Shown: positions 52,725 through 60,371 of the stretch, piece after piece
Layout of the letters: every line of letters starts with the position of its first letter
Position numbering within the stretch: position 1 is the first letter of the stretch
DNA from: an uncultured Tissierellia bacterium
Lineage (GTDB): Bacteria > Bacillota > Clostridia > Tissierellales > Peptoniphilaceae
Length of the DNA: 64,000 bases
Assembly (NCBI GenBank): GCA_947253765.1
Contig: CAMYAK010000003.1
Coordinates: 32,371-96,370 of the forward strand
Direction: 5' to 3'
Notes under the pieces: generated by a model
The model's input: the letters and a program-made list of their open reading frames with translations, nothing else
What the model was told of the DNA's origin: nothing
Database searches by the model: none
Translations under genes and position numbers: made by a program

Positions 52725-53582
52725 CTATTTTTTATCCCTGCAATATTCGGCTATTGATAGCAAGGTTCCGACCCTGTTTTCTCCAGAAAGCCATATATCC
52801 GACCAGTCTTTTTTGGATCCCCCTATCTGAATTACCTTGTAGCCCTCGCCTTTTTCAACAGGGCCCTTTGTCAGGACCGCCCCAGATCCCAAAACATTTA
52901 AAAGTGCCTGTGCATTTGCAAGATCTCCGTCTAACTCATAAGTGATCACGTATTTTTTGTTTTTCATGAAATTTGCCCTTTCCTTTTTCTTCTCGATAAT
53001 TTTTTCAGTAGGTTTGTTTTCTGTCTTTGTTCCGACTATTCCATAAGCTATTGCACGTGCTATTTTTTCAAAGTATTTGTCAAAGAGGAAATTATCCTTT
53101 TCGCTTGTGACAAAGCCGACTTCTACAAGGCTAGACATGCAATGGGTCTGCCGATTGACCGCATAGTCATACTTCATACTTCCACGGTAGCCGTATTTTA
53201 AGCCTCGGTTCTTAAAGCCGACCCCTACAAGGTTGTCATTTATCCTTTTAGCAACCTGGACAGCCCCTGCTTTAGGCTTGTCGGCGTAAGCATGATATAG
53301 CCATACTTCAACACCGTTAGCTGATGGGGTAGCTGAATTTCTGTGAATTGAACAGAAATAATCCGCTTTCCACCGATTGGCATCGTTCGTTCTCTCGGTA
53401 AGTCCTACGTGAATATCCGCTCGCCTACTCATCATGACTTCGTGGCCTAAACTCTTTAGAATCTTTCCAACTAAAAAGGCAAGCCGTAATGTATCGTCTT
53501 TTTCGGCCCTGTTTTTTGGTCCATAAGCACCACCATCCCGACCGCCGTGACCCGGATCAAGAAATATTTTCAAAATTGCCAC
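52725..53582 (-). CDS. phage endolysin: N-acetylmuramoyl-L-alanine amidase with a C-terminal SH3-like binding domain
   Basis: N-terminal IFLDPGHGGRDGGA motif (Amidase_3), and the C-terminal region resembles a cell-wall-binding domain. Confidence 0.8.
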   Translation of the reverse strand: MAILKIFLDPGHGGRDGGAYGPKNRAEKDDTLRLAFLVGKILKSLGHEVMMSRRADIHVGLTERTNDANRWKADYFCSIHRNSATPSANGVEVWLYHAYADKPKAGAVQVAKRINDNLVGVGFKNRGLKYGYRGSMKYDYAVNRQTHCMSSLVEVGFVTSEKDNFLFDKYFEKIARAIAYGIVGTKTENKPTEKIIEKKKERANFMKNKKYVITYELDGDLANAQALLNVLGSGAVLTKGPVEKGEGYKVIQIGGSKKDWSDIWLSGENRVGTLLSIAEYCRDKK

Positions 53583-53737
53583 TCCTTTCTAATTTTTCTT
53601 AAAAATGTTAAAAAGCACGAAAAAACGGCCTCTTCAGACCGTTTTTAAGGCTTTTAATTTTCATCATTGGTATGATTATACCTTTAAGCCCTTAAAATCG
53701 CTTATTCAAGGGCTAATTAATCCTGACAGGATTTTAA

Positions 53738-54409
53738 TTACAAAGGCTTGTTGTCAAGTAGATCCCAAGTGGGGTATCCGACCTCTGGGCCGTTATTTGT
53801 GTCTACGCAAGCGTAATAGTCGACCCCCATATAGTTTTTGACGGTATTTTTGGGATATTTGTATCCAGGTACGGGCTTCGGGTCTTCCTGCTTAATCGCT
53901 CCACCTTTCCAGTAGTCTTTTGCCGCCTGACTTTCGGGTGAATTATCTTTGCTTGTCACGTGACCACGAATTGCCATGTAAAGCACATCGCCTATCCTGT
54001 AAGCGTCTCCAGCATCCACCGATAAGCCCTCCTGCCACTCGGCATATTGCCTGATCATCTCGGTGCTAAAGGCTTTATCAGGGTCCCCTGTTAAGAGGGC
54101 TGCAATCTTCTTTGTCGCTTCTTCCAGATCTAGCCTGACCCTCGCTGTTTCCTCTTTCGCTTTTTCTGCTTCGTCACGTGCAAAGAGGGCTTCTTTGTCT
54201 GCCGCTTCCTTAGCTTCCTTAACCTGATCTAATTCCCTCTGCTCAACTGTCCTTAGTGTGGACAATTTTACGGCTAAAGTGTTGAGATCTTCTTTCGGCA
54301 CATCAGCATCATCTACCTGCCTTAGTGCCGTGCTATCTTTCCACTTCAAGATAAAGCGGTTCGATGAGGGGTAATACTGAATGAAGTCTATATTTTTTAG
54401 AGTGTCCAT
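53738..54409 (-). CDS. phage hypothetical protein
   Basis: 223 aa with a coiled-coil middle. Its position after the tail fiber suggests a fiber-associated or accessory protein. Confidence 0.35.
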   Translation of the reverse strand: MDTLKNIDFIQYYPSSNRFILKWKDSTALRQVDDADVPKEDLNTLAVKLSTLRTVEQRELDQVKEAKEAADKEALFARDEAEKAKEETARVRLDLEEATKKIAALLTGDPDKAFSTEMIRQYAEWQEGLSVDAGDAYRIGDVLYMAIRGHVTSKDNSPESQAAKDYWKGGAIKQEDPKPVPGYKYPKNTVKNYMGVDYYACVDTNNGPEVGYPTWDLLDNKPL

Positions 54410-54422
54410 TTTTAAGTCCTTT

Positions 54423-56981
54423 CTATTCTTTGAGGAAGTCGTAATATATAGCTACTACGTTTCCTTTGTAACCATAGCTTTTATCTGCTTCCATATATCC
54501 ACTAATAGCAATCGGATCTCTTTTATTTTTTAGTAGCCATTCACTTATAGTTGCACATCGGATAATCTGATAGGGACCTTGCTGATCATCATTTTTAGTT
54601 GTAAAAGTGCGAAATTCAATCCTCTTTGCATACTCTTTTGTGGCAAGAGGCACTATCTTTGCTGGCGGTTCACCATACCCACCAACAGTAATACCGGTTT
54701 CCGCGGTAACGGCGTATCTGCTAGTTCCCAATATCTCTAAAGCCCTGCTATTTTCCGCCAATGCTTCTACGGCACAAGGCTGCATGCATAGGTTATATAC
54801 AATGCTTTTTTCATCTTTTATCTTTTCCATAAATTGGTCGCATTTAATTGCGGCTGAAACACCCGACTTGCTTCGGCTTAGCTCCGATATTGCCAACATA
54901 GACTTTGCAAGGGCCTCTATAGCCCGATTGTCTTTTATAATATCTTCAATCCGCTCATACTTCCTCAAAGCCTCAAGGTCTGCTGCACTTGCCGTTGTGT
55001 CCGTTGCCGCAAGCATATATAAGTATCCTACGCTTCCCACTTTTTTAAGGTCCTCCTTTGTCGCATAAACCGTGCTAGCGGTATCCTGCCTCAAATACGT
55101 GCTTGATAGGCCCGATGTTGTCCGCTCCACCGCACTGACCCTGCTTTTTAAGACCGTGTCATCATAGACGGTATCTTTATCAGGTTTTATTTCAAGGGCC
55201 GTTACTCGGCTTTTAAGACCGCTGTCGTCATATTCTTTTATGGTCACATCGCCTGTCATGCCGTTGACACTCTTAACTTTTCCTGCTGCTTGCAAGGCCT
55301 GATCCAGACCCACGATCTCTGTGGTCTGATGGGTATGGATCTTTTCTGCCTTTCCCGATAGCTTCTTATCGATCTCGGTCTCGGTGTAGTAGCGATCATC
55401 ATGATCATGACCTTGGTCGGCTTTAGCTGCTAGGACGCCCTGGACCCGGTAAAGAGTTTGATTGCAAGTCTCTATTTCGCTTCGAACTGTATACATATCT
55501 GTCGCATGCTGAGTTTTAATAGGGTCTAAACTTGTGGAAATTAACTGCCCGACAGAATTACTATATCCTTCAAGCCCTTGATTGAATGCTGACAATGACA
55601 CGGCCGTATAAGGAGCTGTTTCATCTTGGCCGTGATGAATTTTTACAACTCCTGCCGCTTCTTCTGTGGCATTCGGGATAACTCCCTGCATGGTCTTATC
55701 CCATCCTGCAAAGGTCGCCTTTCTGGATCTCTCGGCTTCTACCCTTTGAGTTTCCTGACTGATCCTAACGTCTTCGTTACTTTTACGAGCCTTTTCGGCT
55801 GCCTGTCTTTGTGCTTCCTGATCCTGCCTTGTGGTCTCTTGACTTTTTCTACTAGCTTCTTCCCTCTGCCTTGCCGCTTCTTTAGAAACCCTGTCATCTT
55901 CCGCTGTCTTTCGGGCCTTTTCCTCACTTAGCCTTGAGGTTTCAGCCCTTAGGCGTTCGCTCTCTTTGGTCTGCCTCTCGCTTTCCTGACTGACCCTGTC
56001 GGATTCGGCCTGTAGCCTCTCGGCTTCCTTGAATTGCCTTTCGCCCTCTTTTGTAGCCCTTTGACCCTCTGCACTCGCCCTTAAAGTCTCGGCCGATGTC
56101 CTCTTTTCCTCGCTTGATACTCGGGCTTGTTCTTGGCTTTTTCTTGTTTCCTCGGCCTGGATCCTCTCGGTTTCCTTGGCCTGTCTTTCGGTTTCTTTGG
56201 ATTTCCGCTCATTCTCGGCCTTTGTCCTTAGATCCTCGCTGCTGGTCCTCGTGCTTTCGGCTTCAACTCGGGCTGTCTCTCGGGAAATTCTGCCGCCCTC
56301 TTGGGCTTCCCTTGCCCTTTCGGCATCTGCCCTTGCACTCTCCGCACTAGCCCTTAGATCTTCGGCGGTCTTCCTTAATTTCTCGGCTTCCGACCTTGCA
56401 CTTTCGCTCTCGGCTCTTAATTTCTCGGCCTCTTGTCTATTGCTCTCGTTCTCTTCAAGCCTTGCAAGGGCCGCCTCTGCTTTTTGCGCCCTCTTATCAG
56501 CATCAGCCGCCTGTCTTTTAACCTCATCAAGGGCCGCTGCCGCTCCCTCGGCTTGCTCATGCAATTTCTGGTAGTCCATGAGGATTCCTGAACCCTCTGT
56601 GCTTGCCCCATCAGCTCCCAAGAATTCCTGTGCCTCGACGGTTGCCCAGTCCGTGATTATAAGGGCCTGATCCCCATCTTTAAGGGCTAGCTGAACCTGC
56701 ACGATGCCTGCATCTATAAAGGCCTTATTCGGAACTTCCACTTCCCAGTAGTCCGCAACTTTTACACCCTCAAGGTAGTAGGATTTTTTCGTGCTTAAAT
56801 TCTTGGCATAGCAGGTCACGGTCTGACCCTCTGCTGGCGTAATAACTTCCCCAGTTGCCGATATGAACCGCACCTGATAGCCCCTTGTTCCGATCTCCCC
56901 TGAATGCAAGGATATTTCAGGCAAGATTGGCCGCTCCCAATAGATGGTTATGGGAAGATATCCTGAACCTTTTACACTCAT
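54423..56981 (-). CDS. phage tail fiber / host-specificity protein with BppU-like N-terminus and a long coiled-coil repeat
   Basis: 852 aa. The N-terminal ~120 aa resemble a baseplate-upper-protein N-domain. A degenerate E/R/K/A-rich heptad or 11-mer repeat follows for about 280 aa, then a C-terminal globular region. Confidence 0.6.
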   Translation of the reverse strand: MSVKGSGYLPITIYWERPILPEISLHSGEIGTRGYQVRFISATGEVITPAEGQTVTCYAKNLSTKKSYYLEGVKVADYWEVEVPNKAFIDAGIVQVQLALKDGDQALIITDWATVEAQEFLGADGASTEGSGILMDYQKLHEQAEGAAAALDEVKRQAADADKRAQKAEAALARLEENESNRQEAEKLRAESESARSEAEKLRKTAEDLRASAESARADAERAREAQEGGRISRETARVEAESTRTSSEDLRTKAENERKSKETERQAKETERIQAEETRKSQEQARVSSEEKRTSAETLRASAEGQRATKEGERQFKEAERLQAESDRVSQESERQTKESERLRAETSRLSEEKARKTAEDDRVSKEAARQREEASRKSQETTRQDQEAQRQAAEKARKSNEDVRISQETQRVEAERSRKATFAGWDKTMQGVIPNATEEAAGVVKIHHGQDETAPYTAVSLSAFNQGLEGYSNSVGQLISTSLDPIKTQHATDMYTVRSEIETCNQTLYRVQGVLAAKADQGHDHDDRYYTETEIDKKLSGKAEKIHTHQTTEIVGLDQALQAAGKVKSVNGMTGDVTIKEYDDSGLKSRVTALEIKPDKDTVYDDTVLKSRVSAVERTTSGLSSTYLRQDTASTVYATKEDLKKVGSVGYLYMLAATDTTASAADLEALRKYERIEDIIKDNRAIEALAKSMLAISELSRSKSGVSAAIKCDQFMEKIKDEKSIVYNLCMQPCAVEALAENSRALEILGTSRYAVTAETGITVGGYGEPPAKIVPLATKEYAKRIEFRTFTTKNDDQQGPYQIIRCATISEWLLKNKRDPIAISGYMEADKSYGYKGNVVAIYYDFLKE
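55715..56565 (-). repeat. degenerate coiled-coil coding repeat inside the tail-fiber gene
   Basis: Visible at the DNA level as recurring ctcggc/cttcggc/ctttc units, and at the protein level as ERx..E..R repeats. Confidence 0.6.
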
Positions 56982-57016
56982 ATACGCCTCCCTTTAAATG
57001 AAAAAGCGGTTAAGGC

Positions 57017-57151
57017 CTAAGCCTCTTCCGCTCTAATCTCCTCAACTCTTTTTTTAACTTTGTCATGCAAACCGAAATTATTGCCAACATCTTCAAGCTT
57101 AATCTGACCTTTGATTACGGCTTCTGCTAAAAGCTTAACGATCACGCTCAT
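57017..57151 (-). CDS. 44-aa small phage protein (XkdX-like position)
   Basis: Manual translation gives MSVIVKLLAEAVIKGQIKLEDVGNNFGLHDKVKKRVEEIRAEEA. Its ATG overlaps the TGA of the upstream gene (ATGA). Confidence 0.3.
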   Translation of the reverse strand: MSVIVKLLAEAVIKGQIKLEDVGNNFGLHDKVKKRVEEIRAEEA

Positions 57152-57489
57152 ACTGCACCTCCATTTGATAGCATAATAGCAAGTTCAAGGTTTTGCTTCT
57201 CAAGGTTTTCTACTTTTCTTTTGACAGATGTTACGTCAAAGGAATCCACGTCGACCTTATCAACCTCAAGATGCTCCCTTATAAGCTCTTCACAGAGATC
57301 TCTTACGGTCTTACCTTTTTCTCTATCCTTTACAAAGGCTGAGAACCGCTCTCCCTGAACTATAAAAGAACCACGAACTACGCTCCTATCCTGTGACCTG
57401 CTTTCAAACCTTACTTCCATACCTGAGAAGATAGGTTTGTCAGTGGTTGTATCTTGTATATACTGCTGCTCCACAATATCTAACTTCAT
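57148..57489 (-). CDS. phage hypothetical protein
   Basis: 113 aa, located between Tal and the tail fiber. Confidence 0.4.
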   Translation of the reverse strand: MKLDIVEQQYIQDTTTDKPIFSGMEVRFESRSQDRSVVRGSFIVQGERFSAFVKDREKGKTVRDLCEELIREHLEVDKVDVDSFDVTSVKRKVENLEKQNLELAIMLSNGGAV

Positions 57490-57498
57490 CTAATCCTC

Positions 57499-59577
57499 CT
57501 AGCCAGTAATTCTTTTCCCATCTACATATAAGGCGGACACCCTCAAAGTTGAGCTCAAGACAACATCTGCCCCTTGCGTATAAAACCTAATTACGCCGCT
57601 CCAGGGCTTTATTTCAAAGTAATCAGACCCACTTTGACAAAATAACCCACTCGTATCAAAGCCATACCTGCCCCCGGGCGGATTGGCTGCAAGTCGGCCG
57701 TTAATCTCAAAAGTGTTGGTTCCATAGTTAAAAACAAAGGCACTGCTCCCTGTGTTTAGGTTCGTTCCATAACCTGATAAGCTTGCTGAACCGCTCTCAG
57801 GCAAAGTACAAGAACCATTATCTACCCCACGGCCTAAAACACCGCTCGTAATGTTATTGGCGTTCAGGTTTTCAACATCAATGTAATTGGCATTTATTTT
57901 CCCGAATAGAGCATCGCCTGAGACCTTAAAGCTTCCCATGACCTCGGTTGACCCATTTAAGGTTATGCGATCACCTGCGATGTTAATCCCCTCACGGCTG
58001 GCGTTGATTTCTGAAATGATTTTGCTTTTATCAGCCTTTTCCGTTATCGCTGTGTCAACGTCTTTTCTGAGGTCGTCAACCACTTTAATCTTGAATCCAT
58101 CTGTATTGTTGTAGCTTAAAGCTCCGCCACCTATAGAGATCGATCCCGAATTCATATCCCAGTAGTTTTCGCCTTTTGTATCTGACAATACCCCTGCTTT
58201 TATAAGATCAGCTATTATTGTGCCTGATCTTATCAGGTCAGCCGTAAAGCCCTCACCTGTGCCGAATGTTCTCCATTTCCAGCTACCGTCACTATTCTTG
58301 CCGTCTGCTATTCTAAAACCCATTGACCCAATGTTTATGGCCCATCTTGCCAGCTTATGATCCGGATTGTCCGTGAATATCAGCCCCTGTTCTTTATTAA
58401 AAGACATATAAGACTGGGCATTTTTAAAGCCATCATTAAGTCCCGAAATAACTCGATCAATAAATGATTCATGATCTGCTAAGTCATCAAGCAGGGCCTC
58501 TTTAGCGGTTATACGATCAAGCGTTGAAGTGACTGAATTTAAAAACTTGCTGATAGTCGGCCTTATATAGCCCAGTGATATCTTGGTTTCCTCTTCCTCG
58601 TCAAGATCGACTACAAGCTCACTTACACGACCTTTTAATGTAAGATCGAGCACCTTATCCCTCAGTACTACAACATCACCAACATCAACTCCCTTAAAGT
58701 CGTATCCGTAAGACTTCAAGTCAATTACTGAAGCCCCATAGGTAATGGTCGGCTTTGATAGCTGCTTTAAGTCCTCTCTTGCTATCTCAAGAAGCTTCCC
58801 CGGATCGTCGACGTCATCATAGATTTTAGTTCCGGAATAGGGCCTGTTCTCATAACCGTACTGCTTTTGTGCTTCCAAGTTGTCTATATAGAATTTTCCA
58901 CCGTTAACACTCTCTATGCCTATTCTTCTACCGTAACCGCCTCCGGTCTGCTCACCCTTTCCAAAGGGGTATAGCCTTGTAATAACAGGTTCTTCCCCAA
59001 CCTTACGGCTTACCTTTGTCATGTCCTTTTTATAGGTGAACCTTTTGCCGTTGTCTGATCCTATCTGTTTTTTAAGATATATTTTTCTTTCAATCTTGTA
59101 TCCGGGCTTAACTTCAATTCTCGTCTCAAACTCAACTCCCGGGAAGGCTTTAAGAGCCACTCCCAAGGCTTCGTAAGCACTGATCCGATAGAAGTTGAAG
59201 GTCCCTAATCCTATGTCCTCGCTGAAGCCCTGCCAGTGTGTACCATCCGTGACCTTCTCCATAGCAACAGATCCACTTACATTAACTCCACGTCTGTCTC
59301 CTATGAAGGTCCCGTCAAGATCGATCACGGAATTTTCAGCGTATATGCTATAAGAGACTCCGGACTCGTCATGGTCTTCATCGATTGCCGTAACAACAAA
59401 CTCATACCATTTTTTAGTTAGCTTGTCCTGGTATAGAAGTCTATAACCTTTTTTAACATTAAGCTCTACTGCATCGATTTCAATCGAATCAAGCTTTCCA
59501 AGCGGCTTTTTATGTGCAGCCTTTCCTTTTTGATTTTTTGCTCTTTCCCCCTGCAAGTTCAGCACTATAAACTTCAT
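57499..59577 (-). CDS. phage tail-associated lysin / tail tip protein (Tal-like)
   Basis: 692 aa immediately after the Dit-like gene. The call rests on gene order and size typical of Tal. Confidence 0.5.
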   Translation of the reverse strand: MKFIVLNLQGERAKNQKGKAAHKKPLGKLDSIEIDAVELNVKKGYRLLYQDKLTKKWYEFVVTAIDEDHDESGVSYSIYAENSVIDLDGTFIGDRRGVNVSGSVAMEKVTDGTHWQGFSEDIGLGTFNFYRISAYEALGVALKAFPGVEFETRIEVKPGYKIERKIYLKKQIGSDNGKRFTYKKDMTKVSRKVGEEPVITRLYPFGKGEQTGGGYGRRIGIESVNGGKFYIDNLEAQKQYGYENRPYSGTKIYDDVDDPGKLLEIAREDLKQLSKPTITYGASVIDLKSYGYDFKGVDVGDVVVLRDKVLDLTLKGRVSELVVDLDEEEETKISLGYIRPTISKFLNSVTSTLDRITAKEALLDDLADHESFIDRVISGLNDGFKNAQSYMSFNKEQGLIFTDNPDHKLARWAINIGSMGFRIADGKNSDGSWKWRTFGTGEGFTADLIRSGTIIADLIKAGVLSDTKGENYWDMNSGSISIGGGALSYNNTDGFKIKVVDDLRKDVDTAITEKADKSKIISEINASREGINIAGDRITLNGSTEVMGSFKVSGDALFGKINANYIDVENLNANNITSGVLGRGVDNGSCTLPESGSASLSGYGTNLNTGSSAFVFNYGTNTFEINGRLAANPPGGRYGFDTSGLFCQSGSDYFEIKPWSGVIRFYTQGADVVLSSTLRVSALYVDGKRITG

Positions 59578-60371
59578 AGATACCTCCCTTGGAATATCAG
59601 GCTTGTGTTCTTTAATCCTGATATCTTTAACTTATTATGCTTTGGGAAAAGATCCGGAAAATCTGACTCAGGAAAAACCGCCGTCATAGAAAGAACATCA
59701 TTTTCAAGATACGTTTCAAGGTCTGTATCGATCTTGATTTTTCCTCGAAAACCACTATTAATTTTTAAGATCTCTTTTGTTGTTGAGTTCTCTATAACAA
59801 TCGTGTCTTCCGTCTTTTCGCCGCTTATAATCATTGGCACCTTGACGGCCCCTGTGTAGAAGATATCTGCTTCTGCTGCAAGATCGATCTTATTATCCGC
59901 CAGATCATATGAAAAGCCCCCCGGACATGAGAACGTTAAGTCCAAGAGGGCCGAATTCTTGCCATATGTGACATTACTGGCTTTAAGTATGGCCATGTCA
60001 TACCTTGTGGGCTGATCAGACAGATATAACTTTTTAGGTTTATCCTTTATCAGATAAGGCTTAAGCTCATCAACTCTTTTTCTTATCCTGACTTTGTTAT
60101 CCGAGAGAGTCGGGAACCTTTCTTCTACAAGCCTTATCTTTACATTGATTTCTTTCTCTCCAAGCCTTGATCTTCTAAAGTATGAGCCGTTCTCTCCCGG
60201 CTTTGGTGTTGTCAAAATGGATATTTCAGGATTTGTTGGTCTGATAATGTCTTCTACAACACAATCAACAGGAAGAGGCACGCCATCATATGTCATGCTG
60301 AAAGTTTTCGTCAGTCCTTTATACATACCTCCTCCTTTCTCTTCTCCATAGCCTCTCAAGCTCTTGAGCAA
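59574..60371 (-). CDS. phage distal tail protein (Dit-like)
   Basis: 265 aa directly downstream of, and overlapping, the tape-measure gene. Confidence 0.5.
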   Translation of the reverse strand: MLKSLRGYGEEKGGGMYKGLTKTFSMTYDGVPLPVDCVVEDIIRPTNPEISILTTPKPGENGSYFRRSRLGEKEINVKIRLVEERFPTLSDNKVRIRKRVDELKPYLIKDKPKKLYLSDQPTRYDMAILKASNVTYGKNSALLDLTFSCPGGFSYDLADNKIDLAAEADIFYTGAVKVPMIISGEKTEDTIVIENSTTKEILKINSGFRGKIKIDTDLETYLENDVLSMTAVFPESDFPDLFPKHNKLKISGLKNTSLIFQGRYL

